A DNA stretch of 64,000 nucleotides from Sphingobacteriales bacterium (GCA_012270485.1 JAAXIF010000067.1:426-64425), one strand, 5' to 3'; positions 18,730-28,450 are shown, counted from the first letter of the stretch. Made by a program: numbers and translations. The notes: generated by a model not told the origin, from the sequence alone.

Positions 18730-19179
18730 ATGAAACTACACAATCTGAAACCTGCAGAAGGTTCTACACACAAGCAAAAACGTTTAGGTCGTGGTGAAGC
18801 ATCCGGTAAGGGTGGTACATCTACAAAAGGTAACAAGGGTGGACAAAGCCGCGCCGGTTACAAGAGCAAGATGGCTCACGAAGGTGGTCAGATGCCTATT
18901 CAGCGTCGTATCCCTAAGCGTGGATTCAAGAACAACAACCGTGTTGAATTCGTCGTATTTAACCTGGGTCAAATCGACCAATTGGTAGAGAAATATGGCT
19001 TCACTGAATTCAGCCTTGAGAATTTATACATCAATGGTTTGATCAGCCGTACCGATAAAGTAAAAGTATTGGCCAACGGTGAACTGAAAGCCAAAGTAAC
19101 TTTCAAAGTGAATGCAGCCAGCGAAAAAGCAAAAACTGCTATCGAAGCTGCAGGTGGTAGCGTTGAAATTATCAAGTAA
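18730..19179 (+). CDS. rplO: 50S ribosomal protein L15
   Basis: MKLHNLKPAEGS...GRGEASGKGGTSTKGNKG. Confidence 0.96.
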   Translation: MKLHNLKPAEGSTHKQKRLGRGEASGKGGTSTKGNKGGQSRAGYKSKMAHEGGQMPIQRRIPKRGFKNNNRVEFVVFNLGQIDQLVEKYGFTEFSLENLYINGLISRTDKVKVLANGELKAKVTFKVNAASEKAKTAIEAAGGSVEIIK

Positions 19180-19196
19180 TTTTATCGTAACTTGCC

Positions 19197-19221
19197 AGAC
19201 GCACAACGTGCGTCTTTTTTT
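19197..19221 (+). terminator. Intrinsic terminator between rplO and secY
   Basis: AGACGCAC-aac-GTGCGTCT followed by T7. Confidence 0.65.
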
Positions 19222-19256
19222 GGTTTAAGACTATTAACGCTTACAATTGCATTCAA

Positions 19257-20606
19257 GTGAAAAAACTAGTTCAGACATTAAGGAATATTTGGACGATAGA
19301 GGAGCTTCGTAACAAGATCATTATTACACTTGCACTGGTTCTTACGTATCGTTTTGGTACCCACATCGTATTACCGGGTATCGATCCTAATAAAATTGAA
19401 GAAGCACAGAAATCTGCCCAAAGTGGTGGAGGTCTCTTAGGCATCTTCGATATGTTCGCAGGTGGAGCCTTTTCTCAGGCTTCTATCCTTGCATTGGGTA
19501 TCATGCCCTATATCTCTGCTTCTATCTTCATGCAGCTGATGACCATCTTGGTTCCTCAGTTACAGAAAGTACAAAAAGAAGGAGATAGCGGACGTAAAAA
19601 AATCAATCAGTGGACACGTTACCTCACCGTAATCGTTACTGCGTTTCAGGCGGGTGCATATGTTGCCTACCTGAACAGTCCGGGTTATGCTGAAGCAATT
19701 ATGCCTGCTTATGCACCTTACTTCTGGTTCTCTACTGTTATTACATTAACAGCAGGTACCATGTTTGTTATGTGGTTGGGTGAAAAGATCCAAGACAAAG
19801 GATTGGGTAATGGTACATCTATCATCATCATGGTAGGTATCTTGGCTCGTCTTCCTCAATCATTGATCCAGGAATTCAGTGCGAAAGGTGAAAGAGCCGG
19901 TGGTGGTTTGTTGATCTTCTTGATCGAGATCGCTATCCTGATTGCTATCATCCTTGGATTGATCGTGCTGGTACAAGGTGTTCGTAAAATACCTGTTAAC
20001 TATGCAAAGCAGATCATTGGCAACCGTCAGTTTGGTGGTGCTCGTCAGTTCTTGCCGATCAAAGTAAACAGCGCCGGTGTAATGCCGATCATCTTCGCTC
20101 AAGCGATCATGTTCCTGCCTACACTCGTATCATTTACCAATCTTGATTCTGCTCAAGGTATCGTAAAGATCTTCAATGATCATAGCAATACCTGGTATAT
20201 GGTGATTTACTCAATCATGGTAATCGGATTTACTTTCCTTTACACTGCATTGATATTTAACCCTAAACAAATTGCAGAAGACCTGAAACGTAACAACGGT
20301 TTTATTCCAGGTGTAAAGCCCGGACAACCCACTGCTGATTATATCGGATCTGTAATGGACAGAATTACTTTACCGGGTGCTATCTTCTTAGCATTGGTAG
20401 GTATTATGCCAGGATTCGCTCAGCGTTTGGGTGTTACACAAGGATTCAGCACTTTCTTTGGTGGTACTTCATTACTCATCATGGTAGGTGTGGTATTGGA
20501 TACACTACAGCAAATTGAAACTTACCTGTTGATGCGTCAATACGATGGATTGATGAAAGGTGGTCGTATACAAGGCAGACAGACTGTTTCTACTTCAACA
20601 ATTTAG
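19257..20606 (+). CDS. secY: Preprotein translocase subunit SecY
   Basis: 449 aa from a GTG start, 10 TM segments. Motifs LGIMPYISASIFMQL and GEKIQDKGLGNGTSIII. Confidence 0.96.
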   Translation: MKKLVQTLRNIWTIEELRNKIIITLALVLTYRFGTHIVLPGIDPNKIEEAQKSAQSGGGLLGIFDMFAGGAFSQASILALGIMPYISASIFMQLMTILVPQLQKVQKEGDSGRKKINQWTRYLTVIVTAFQAGAYVAYLNSPGYAEAIMPAYAPYFWFSTVITLTAGTMFVMWLGEKIQDKGLGNGTSIIIMVGILARLPQSLIQEFSAKGERAGGGLLIFLIEIAILIAIILGLIVLVQGVRKIPVNYAKQIIGNRQFGGARQFLPIKVNSAGVMPIIFAQAIMFLPTLVSFTNLDSAQGIVKIFNDHSNTWYMVIYSIMVIGFTFLYTALIFNPKQIAEDLKRNNGFIPGVKPGQPTADYIGSVMDRITLPGAIFLALVGIMPGFAQRLGVTQGFSTFFGGTSLLIMVGVVLDTLQQIETYLLMRQYDGLMKGGRIQGRQTVSTSTI

Positions 20607-20610
20607 TCGA

Positions 20611-20645
20611 TTAGTCCATAGACCATGGTCCATGGACTATGGACA
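20611..20645. repeat. GWCYATR heptamer palindrome (REP-like), copy 3
   Basis: tta|GTCCATA|GACCATG|GTCCATG|GACTATG|GACa, 5 nt after the secY stop. Confidence 0.85.
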
Positions 20646-20662
20646 GAAAATACGATATTTGC

Positions 20663-20706
20663 AAACCTGTCGTCTCGCTGATAGCGACGACAGGTTTCTT
20701 TTTTTA
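20663..20706 (+). terminator. Intrinsic terminator after secY
   Basis: AAACCTGTCGTC-tcgctgatagc-GACGACAGGTTT followed by cttttttt. Confidence 0.8.
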
Positions 20707-20726
20707 TCATGTCGAGAAGAATAAAT

Positions 20727-21530
20727 ATGATCATCTATAAAACAGAAGCGGAAATAGCCCTGATGAAAGAAGCGGCGCTTTTAGTAAGTAAAACACTTAC
20801 CGAAGTGGCCAAGGTATTGAAACCGGGTATGACAACGATCCAAATCGATAAACTTTGTGGTGACTTTGTCAAAGACCATAAAGCAGTTCCTTCTTTTTAT
20901 AATTATAGAGGATATCCTTTCAATGTATGTGCTTCTGTGAATGATGTGGTTGTTCATGGATTTCCCAATGATATCCCTCTCAAAGATGGTGATGTGGTTT
21001 CTATTGATATGGGAGTGATTCTCAATGGATGGCATGGTGATCATGCTTATACATTTATGATAGGTGAAACTGATCCGGAGATCATTCAATTAGTAAAAGT
21101 TACGAAAGAGTCTTTGTACAAAGGCATTGAGAAAGCCATCGTAAATAATAGAGTCGGAGACATCTCTTTTGCCATTCAAGAGCATGCTGAAAAAAAACAT
21201 GGCTATGGAGTAGTAAGAGAGTTGGTTGGGCATGGGTTAGGTCGCAGCTTACATGAAGACCCGCAGGTTCCCAATTATGGTAAACGTGGAAATGGTCCGA
21301 AGATGAAAGAAAATTTGGTGTTAGCTATTGAACCCATGATGAATCTGGGTGCAAGGGAAGTATATACCGATGATGATGGATGGACAGTGCGTACACAAGA
21401 CGGGAAAGCAGCTTGCCACTTTGAACATGATGTATGCGTAAAGCGTGGACAAGCATTGGTACTTTCTGATTATAGCATTATTGAGGCAGCGGAGAAAGCG
21501 AACGCAAACCTCAATACCTCTTATTATTAG
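20727..21530 (+). CDS. map: Type I methionine aminopeptidase
   Basis: MIIYKTEAEIALMKEA...VVHGFP...DMGV...HGDHA...VGHGLGRSLHE...LAIEPM...EHDV. The 20709 ATG abuts the terminator, so 20727 is preferred. Confidence 0.93.
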   Translation: MIIYKTEAEIALMKEAALLVSKTLTEVAKVLKPGMTTIQIDKLCGDFVKDHKAVPSFYNYRGYPFNVCASVNDVVVHGFPNDIPLKDGDVVSIDMGVILNGWHGDHAYTFMIGETDPEIIQLVKVTKESLYKGIEKAIVNNRVGDISFAIQEHAEKKHGYGVVRELVGHGLGRSLHEDPQVPNYGKRGNGPKMKENLVLAIEPMMNLGAREVYTDDDGWTVRTQDGKAACHFEHDVCVKRGQALVLSDYSIIEAAEKANANLNTSYY

Positions 21531-21560
21531 ACAATTCAGTCTACTATAAAACTGCTGTCG

Positions 21561-23093
21561 ATGAAAACATTATTGTTGCTTCTCGCGCTGTGTACACAGC
21601 CTTTTTTGTTGCTATCACAGGTAACTGATATCGAAAAAGTGAGAACGCTCAGACAGCAAAAAGAACACGCATGGTTACAAGAATTCATGCAGTTATTGTC
21701 TATTCCCAATGTAGCTTCCGATACCTACAATATTCAACGCAATGCATCGATGATTATGGAATTGATGCGTAAGCGTAATATCCAAGATGTAAAACTACTC
21801 ACACCTGAAACTAAAAATGCGCCACCGGCTATTTATGGAGAGATTAAAGTGCCCGGTGCTGTTAAAACCATCATCTTTTATGCGCATTATGATGGACAAC
21901 CGGTAGATCCTTCCAAATGGGCAAAAGGCTTTCAGCCCTTTGTACCGGTATTGGTGAATGGAACAACTGCTGATGCAGAAAAAATCATTCCGCTTCCTTC
22001 ATCTAGTAATAATATCAACGAAGACTGGAGAATTTTTGCCAGAGGTGCTTCTGATGATAAGGGTGGTGTAATGGCTATTTTATGGGCGTATGAAGCCATT
22101 GTGCAGTCAGGACAGTTACCGAAGTGTAACATCAAATTCTTTTTCGAAGGTGAAGAAGAAGCGGGTTCACCACATTTGCAGGAAATTTTACTCAAGTATC
22201 CAACGGAATTACAATCAGATATCTGGGTTATCTGTGATGGCCCTGTTCATCAGTCGGGAAATAAACTGGTTTGTTTCGGCGTAAGAGGGGATGCGAATAT
22301 GGATGTAACGGTATATGGTCCTTTGAGACCATTACACAGTGGTCATTATGGTAACTGGGTACCGAACCCCGCATTAATGATGGCGAAGTTATTGGCATCT
22401 ATGAAAGATGAAAATGGTAAAGTAACCATTAAGGGTTTTTATGATGATGTAACACCTTTATCACCCACAGAGAAAGCCGCTATTGCCAGTATACCCATGG
22501 CAGATGAACAGATGAAAAAAGAATTGGGATTCATCAAGCCGGAAATGGATGGGTATACTTTACAGGAGTCGTTGATGTTGCCATCGCTCAATATCAATGG
22601 TATACAAAGTGCCAATGCCGGTAAATTGGCTGCCAACGTAATTCCTACTACTGCCATTGCAACACTGGATCTTCGTTTGGTGAAAGGAAACGATTATCAG
22701 CTTCAGCAGCAACGTGTAGTAGATCATATCAAAGCTCAGGGTTATTATGTAATAGATAGAGATCCGACCATCGAAGAGAGAAATCAATATCAAAAAATAG
22801 CTAAAGTCATAAAACACGATGGTTACAACGCGCAACGTACACCGATGGATTTGCCCATTGCACAGGAAATAGTAGCCGCTGTTAAAAAAACAACCAATGG
22901 GACATTGGTAATAGTTCCTTCTCTTGGGGGTAGTTTACCACTGTATAAGTTTGAGAAATTTTTAAAAGCCAATACCATCAGTGTACCTATTGCTAATCAT
23001 GATAATAACCAACACGCAGAAAATGAAAATATCCGTATCCGTAATTTATGGAATGGGGTAGAAACAATGGCTGCGATTATGTTGATGAAATAA
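21561..23093 (+). CDS. Secreted M20-family metallopeptidase (dipeptidase-like)
   Basis: Signal peptide present. Motifs FYAHYDGQP, GASDDKGG and FEGEEEAGSP. Confidence 0.8.
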   Translation: MKTLLLLLALCTQPFLLLSQVTDIEKVRTLRQQKEHAWLQEFMQLLSIPNVASDTYNIQRNASMIMELMRKRNIQDVKLLTPETKNAPPAIYGEIKVPGAVKTIIFYAHYDGQPVDPSKWAKGFQPFVPVLVNGTTADAEKIIPLPSSSNNINEDWRIFARGASDDKGGVMAILWAYEAIVQSGQLPKCNIKFFFEGEEEAGSPHLQEILLKYPTELQSDIWVICDGPVHQSGNKLVCFGVRGDANMDVTVYGPLRPLHSGHYGNWVPNPALMMAKLLASMKDENGKVTIKGFYDDVTPLSPTEKAAIASIPMADEQMKKELGFIKPEMDGYTLQESLMLPSLNINGIQSANAGKLAANVIPTTAIATLDLRLVKGNDYQLQQQRVVDHIKAQGYYVIDRDPTIEERNQYQKIAKVIKHDGYNAQRTPMDLPIAQEIVAAVKKTTNGTLVIVPSLGGSLPLYKFEKFLKANTISVPIANHDNNQHAENENIRIRNLWNGVETMAAIMLMK

Positions 23094-23097
23094 GTGT

Positions 23098-24324
23098 ATG
23101 CAAAAAACACTCGTTGTAATAGGAGGTGGGGCTGCCGGATTTTTCTGCGCAGTGAATGCATCAAGAATAAACTCTTCGTTAAAGGTATTGTTGCTCGAGA
23201 AATCCAATAAACTGCTATCGAAAGTAAAAGTAAGCGGTGGCGGGAGATGCAATACAACACATGCATGTTTTGAGATTCCGGAGTTGGTGAAAAAATATCC
23301 ACGCGGACAAAACTTTTTAAAAAAATCATTTCATCAGTTTTATACGCAGGATACGATTCAATGGTTTGAAGAAAGAGGAGTGCAGTTGAAAACAGAAGAA
23401 GATGGTAGAATGTTTCCGGTTACAGATAATTCTCAAACCATCATTGATTGTTTATTGAAAGAAGCAGACAAATATAAAGTAGCAGTACAATTACAAACAG
23501 GTGTTACTTCCATTCAGAAAAAAGAAAACAAATTTGAACTTCAATTAAGCAATGGTGATATTATTTCGGCAGACTTTGTATGCGTTGCTACAGGAGGTTT
23601 CCCCAAAGCCAATATGTTTGATTGGCTGACTACCACAGGACATACCATTGCTACACCGGTGCCATCACTTTTCACATTCAATATGCCGGGTAATCCTATC
23701 ACTTCTTTGATGGGGGTTAGTGTGGAACGTGCGATCGTTAAAGTAGCAGGTACCAAACTGCAAGAAGAAGGTCCGTTACTGATTACGCATTGGGGTATGA
23801 GTGGTCCGGTGATTTTAAGAACTTCTGCATGGGGGGCAAGAGAATTGGCAGATAAAAATTATCATTTCAGCATTCTTGTGAACTGGATACCCCATTACAC
23901 TGAACATATGTTACGAGATGAGTGGCAAGAGATCCGAGAACGATCAGGCGCTCAAAAAATAAGCAATAAAAATCCGTTTGCATTACCCAATCGTTTATGG
24001 TCATACCTCTTACAAGTATCAGAGATCGATCCGGAATGCAGGTGGTCAGATCTTCCGGCAAAGCAACAAAACAAACTTATCAAACATCTAACAGCGCAGG
24101 AGTTTATTGTACAAGGTAAAACAACATTCAAAGATGAGTTTGTGACGGCAGGCGGTATTCTGCTTAGTGAAATTGACCCCCAAACCATGCAAAGCAGAAA
24201 GCTGCCCGGATTGTTCTTTGTGGGGGAAGTCATGGATGTGGATGGCATTACCGGTGGGTTTAATTTTCAGCATGCATGGACCAGTGGGTTTATTGCTGCG
24301 AAAGCCATTGCCGCCATCGTATAA
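23098..24324 (+). CDS. HI0933/BaiN-like NAD(P)/FAD-dependent flavoprotein
   Basis: VVIGGGAAGFFCA, KVKVSGGGRCNTTH, and the C-terminal GEVMDVDGITGGFNFQHAWTSG. Confidence 0.85.
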   Translation: MQKTLVVIGGGAAGFFCAVNASRINSSLKVLLLEKSNKLLSKVKVSGGGRCNTTHACFEIPELVKKYPRGQNFLKKSFHQFYTQDTIQWFEERGVQLKTEEDGRMFPVTDNSQTIIDCLLKEADKYKVAVQLQTGVTSIQKKENKFELQLSNGDIISADFVCVATGGFPKANMFDWLTTTGHTIATPVPSLFTFNMPGNPITSLMGVSVERAIVKVAGTKLQEEGPLLITHWGMSGPVILRTSAWGARELADKNYHFSILVNWIPHYTEHMLRDEWQEIRERSGAQKISNKNPFALPNRLWSYLLQVSEIDPECRWSDLPAKQQNKLIKHLTAQEFIVQGKTTFKDEFVTAGGILLSEIDPQTMQSRKLPGLFFVGEVMDVDGITGGFNFQHAWTSGFIAAKAIAAIV

Positions 24325-24443
24325 AGACGAGGTTTTTTACCATCTATTTTATCGCTAAGTCAAGACCGGTTGTTAAAAAATTGCCACTTATCCATTCTGC
24401 TGTAAAATCCTGATACAGATTAGCTATTTTGATCGTCAACTAA

Positions 24444-27047
24444 ATGAAACGCTCTATGAGAAGACTCTTGCTTGCCGCATCTGCGTGTGCGGTATTTATG
24501 GGCTCAGCCCTATATGCCCAACAACCTCCGGCCGGAATGCCAGCCGGTACTCGTCCACCGGGCGATTCCTCTAAAACGCCTCCAGCACCCAAAAAACCGA
24601 CAGTTGCTGAAAAAACAAAAGGCAATAAAAAGATCGAAGGCTTATTTACCCTGTATCAGGATACTGCTACCGGTAGTCTTCAGATGTATATCAGAAAAGA
24701 CCAGCTTGATAAAGAATTCATTTATCAGAGTTTTTCCATCAATGGACTTACTTCATTGTTCTTACATCAAAGTATGCACCGTGCAACAGCCGTGTTTAAA
24801 ATGAAGAGAGCATTTGATAAAATCGAATTCTCTCAAGTGAATACCGGCTTTTTCTATGATAAGAATAATCCTGTGAGTAAGACCGCAGATGTAGATAAAC
24901 CCGAGGCGGTTTTTTACAACGATAAATTCAGTATCGAAGATTCATTGGGTTATTTGGTGAGTGTAGATCAGTTATTCCTGAGTGAAAAACTGGATCCTGT
25001 AAAACCCATCATACCACCAAGCCCATTGGCAATGTTCACTTTTAATTTGGGTGGATTGAATCCTACCAAATCGAAATATGCCAATATCCGTTCCTTCCCG
25101 AATAATACGGATGTGGTAGTGGATCTATCTTATGATAATCCAAGTACACTTGCAAGCGGAGGCCCTGATGTAACAGATCCTCGTTATGTACGTGTACGTA
25201 TGCAACATAGCTTTATTGAAATGCCTAAGAACGATTTCCGTTCACGCAGAGACGATCAGCGTGTGGGATATTTCTTGGATCAGCGTAATAACCAAACCAG
25301 TACCAGTCCTGTTCCGTATAAGGACATGATCAATCGCTGGAATTTGGTGAAGAAAGATCCATCTGCAGCCATCAGCGAACCTGTTGAGCCAATTGTATTC
25401 TGGGTAGAAAATACCACTCCACATGAGTATCGTCAAACCATTATCGACGCTGGAGTGAAATGGAATGAAGCATTTGAAAAAGCAGGATTTAGAAATGCTG
25501 TTCAAATGAAGATCATGCCCGATGATGCAACCTGGGATCCCGCAGATATTCGTTACAATGTAATTCGTTGGGTATCTTCTGCAAACCCTCCTTATGGAGC
25601 CATTGGACCCAGTTTTACCAATCCACGTACCGGACAAATACTCGGAGCTGATATTACTGTAGAATGGTTCTCAGGAAGTGCTACGCCACTTTTTGATGAG
25701 TTGGTTAACGGTCCGTCTATGCAAAGTGCAGCGGATTTACAGTTCCCGGGCATGCCAATGAAAAATCATACTGCTTGTACATTGGCAGGAGAGTTGAAAG
25801 CTCAGTTCATGACCGGACATACCACCCTCGAAGCCATGGATGCACCGGAAGGAGAGATCAAAGAAATGCATAAGCAATTCCTGATTTATTTGATCATGCA
25901 TGAAATGGGACATACACTCGGATTGAACCACAATATGAAAGCCAGTCAGATGTTATCGCCTGCAGATATCAACAACACTTCGATTACACGTTCTATCGGA
26001 TTGATTGGTTCTGTAATGGATTATCCTGCGATCAATGTGTCATCAGACAGAAGCAAGCAAGGTGATTATTATACTACCAAAGCAGGTCCTTATGATCTGT
26101 GGGCAATTGAATATGGTTACACACCATTCTCTGAATCACAGGAAGAAGCAGGACTTACCAAAATATTATCACGCAGTACGGATCCTAAATTAGCATTCGG
26201 TAATGATGGTGATGATATGAGAGCTCCGGGTAAAGCCATCGATCCTCGTGTGAATGTGAATGATCTTACCAATGATGCTATTGGTTATGCAGAAGATCGT
26301 TTCAAACTGGTAAATAATTTGATGGGTAAATTGGTACAGAAATATACCAAGCCCGGACAATCCTATGTAGAAGTACGTGCACGTTATGGGGTGTTGAATG
26401 GACAACGTAATAGCATGATCAATGCCGTAAGCCGTTATGTAGGTGGCGTGTATATTGATAGAAGCAATCCGGAGCAAAACTCAGGTAACAAGCCTTACAC
26501 ACCTGTACCGTTGGCTACTCAAAAGAAGGCAATGGATGTGTTGAGTAAATATGTATTTGCACCGAATGCTTTTGATGCAGATGCACAAGTATATCCATAT
26601 CTCGCATTCCAGCGTAGAGGATTTAATCAGCCGGGTAATGGTGAGGATTTTAAACTTACCAATAATGTACTGGGTCTTCAGGCAGGTGGTGCATTGGGAC
26701 ATATCCTGCATCCGATAACCTTACAGCGTATTACCAATACTCGTTTGTATGGTAATCAGTATAGTGTAGCCGATGTAATGGGTGATTTGGTGAAAGGAAT
26801 TTTTGATGCTGATATCAACGGTAATGTGAATGTTCACAGACAATACCTGCAAACTACCTTTGTAAAGGGTGCTGCTAATTTGTTGAACCCACAAGCACCG
26901 ATTGATGATGTATCTAAAGCTGCAGCGTTGTACACCATCAAGAAATTGAAAACCAAACTGGCAGCTGCCGTTTCAACCAACGAAGAAACCAAAGCGCATA
27001 GAGCCAATCTGATTTTCTTGATTGATAAGGCGCTGAAAACAGACTAA
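24444..27047 (+). CDS. Secreted zinc-dependent metalloprotease (DUF5117/DUF4953-type)
   Basis: 867 aa with a signal peptide. Zinc site HEMGHTLGLNHN. Confidence 0.8.
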   Translation: MKRSMRRLLLAASACAVFMGSALYAQQPPAGMPAGTRPPGDSSKTPPAPKKPTVAEKTKGNKKIEGLFTLYQDTATGSLQMYIRKDQLDKEFIYQSFSINGLTSLFLHQSMHRATAVFKMKRAFDKIEFSQVNTGFFYDKNNPVSKTADVDKPEAVFYNDKFSIEDSLGYLVSVDQLFLSEKLDPVKPIIPPSPLAMFTFNLGGLNPTKSKYANIRSFPNNTDVVVDLSYDNPSTLASGGPDVTDPRYVRVRMQHSFIEMPKNDFRSRRDDQRVGYFLDQRNNQTSTSPVPYKDMINRWNLVKKDPSAAISEPVEPIVFWVENTTPHEYRQTIIDAGVKWNEAFEKAGFRNAVQMKIMPDDATWDPADIRYNVIRWVSSANPPYGAIGPSFTNPRTGQILGADITVEWFSGSATPLFDELVNGPSMQSAADLQFPGMPMKNHTACTLAGELKAQFMTGHTTLEAMDAPEGEIKEMHKQFLIYLIMHEMGHTLGLNHNMKASQMLSPADINNTSITRSIGLIGSVMDYPAINVSSDRSKQGDYYTTKAGPYDLWAIEYGYTPFSESQEEAGLTKILSRSTDPKLAFGNDGDDMRAPGKAIDPRVNVNDLTNDAIGYAEDRFKLVNNLMGKLVQKYTKPGQSYVEVRARYGVLNGQRNSMINAVSRYVGGVYIDRSNPEQNSGNKPYTPVPLATQKKAMDVLSKYVFAPNAFDADAQVYPYLAFQRRGFNQPGNGEDFKLTNNVLGLQAGGALGHILHPITLQRITNTRLYGNQYSVADVMGDLVKGIFDADINGNVNVHRQYLQTTFVKGAANLLNPQAPIDDVSKAAALYTIKKLKTKLAAAVSTNEETKAHRANLIFLIDKALKTD

Positions 27048-27160
27048 GGAAGAGGAACAGAGAAATAAGAAACAGAGGAATAAGGAATGAGAAAGTAGTG
27101 GTGAGAATCAACTACTTTCTCATTCCTTATTTTTTATTCGATATTTCTTATTCTCCTCCA
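27047..27160 (+). terminator. Long GGAATAAGAAATA-word hairpin acting as terminator
   Basis: Perfect 21-bp stem AATAAGGAATGAGAAAGTAGT (27079-27099) / ACTACTTTCTCATTCCTTATT (27111-27131) followed by a T run. The outer arms are purine/pyrimidine word repeats. Confidence 0.75.
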
Positions 27161-27210
27161 CTTGCACAATTCAAAACCAAGTATTATATTAAGGAATTAA
27201 AACGCTTGTC

Positions 27211-27639
27211 ATGAGAAAAGTAAGTAATGTATTGCAACGCAAAGGAAACAGAGTAGCTACCGTTCCACCTGAAATGACGGTGATTGATGCCTTGAAGTTG
27301 ATGGCTGAACAGAATATTGGTTCAGTAGTGGTGATGAAAGATGAAAAATTTGCCGGTATTATGACAGAGCGCGATTATTCGCGAAAAGTGATATTGAAAG
27401 GACGCCATTCCAGTGAAACAAAAGTAGGAGAGATCATGTCTACCGATTTTCCTTATGTATCCATGAATGATACCGTAGAATCTTGCATGCAATTAATGAC
27501 TTCTCATCGTTTGAGATATTTACCGGTGATTGAAAATGAACAATTGGTGGGCATTATTTCCATCAATGATCTGGTTACAGAAACCATATTAACACAGGCA
27601 GAAACCATTAGTCAGTTGCAGAGTTATATACAGTCCTGA
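27211..27639 (+). CDS. CBS-pair domain protein
   Basis: 142 aa with two CBS motifs (IGSVVVMKDEKFAGIMTERD; LRYLPVIENEQLVGIISINDL). Confidence 0.85.
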   Translation: MRKVSNVLQRKGNRVATVPPEMTVIDALKLMAEQNIGSVVVMKDEKFAGIMTERDYSRKVILKGRHSSETKVGEIMSTDFPYVSMNDTVESCMQLMTSHRLRYLPVIENEQLVGIISINDLVTETILTQAETISQLQSYIQS

Positions 27640-27652
27640 TAATTTTGTTTGT

Positions 27653-28288
27653 TTACCAATGGGTTTTCACTTTCATTAGAATATATTCAAATCGATCTAT
27701 TTTGTTTAAAATAGAGGGTAGCAAATGGTGTAACCAGAAAAGGAATGATCTGATTTCTTTGTAAACGGATTCTAAATAGTTGAAGTTGCGAAAGATGGGT
27801 TCGTAGTGGTACACTCGGTTACGAATGTTTCGAATGCGATGGAGAGATTCGTCGATGTTTTTTCTTTGTTTTTCTTGTTTGGGAAGATGTACAAAAATGG
27901 TACGCAAAGGTTTCCAAAGTAATTTGGCATGATACCGATTAAAGAGCCGATTCCAAAAGCCAAAGTTTAATTCTGCTATAATGCCATCTGCAGTAACAGT
28001 TTTTTGCTGAAACTGAATTTTTTGTTCAGCCCTTTGTATGGCAGTTTGAAATTCTTTAGGAAGCTTATTTTTAAACCAAAAATCATCTTTGAAATATGCT
28101 TTCAGCTTTTGATGAATAGCATTTCTCAATGAAATTTCCAACAAAGACAAAGCCGGATACAACGCTTCGGATAGTTCGATGTTTGTCAGGTATAATTGAT
28201 ATGCAGCGTTGGTATTATAATTGGCTTCTTCTAAATAAATATTGAATCGGGGATGTGAAATAAATGACTTAATTTCTTCCGTAATCAT
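27653..28288 (-). CDS. Abi_2 (AbiD/AbiF-like) abortive-infection family protein
   Basis: N-terminal SHPRFNIYL...YQLYLTNIELSEALYPALSLLEISLRNAIHQKL, central LNFGFWNRLF, and C-terminal IRNIRNRVYHYEPIF. All are characteristic of Pfam Abi_2. Confidence 0.8.
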   Translation of the reverse strand: MITEEIKSFISHPRFNIYLEEANYNTNAAYQLYLTNIELSEALYPALSLLEISLRNAIHQKLKAYFKDDFWFKNKLPKEFQTAIQRAEQKIQFQQKTVTADGIIAELNFGFWNRLFNRYHAKLLWKPLRTIFVHLPKQEKQRKNIDESLHRIRNIRNRVYHYEPIFRNFNYLESVYKEIRSFLFWLHHLLPSILNKIDRFEYILMKVKTHW

Positions 28289-28450
28289 TTTTTTTGTTTT
28301 AAGTTAAAAATAATTATACCTTTACCTCATGATGCCAGTTACTCCTCTCCCGGCTCTTTTACCGGTGATGAAACTGGTTTTTTTATTTTTAGGGCTACCT
28401 TATTTTTTTTTCTTTAGCAAGTATTGATCCTAAAATTGCACAGTTCTACA

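Noticed and set aside
24472-24804. 110-aa alternative-frame ORF at the 5' end of the metalloprotease gene
   Set aside because: It is an overlapping frame within a well-supported 867-aa gene and has no independent motifs.
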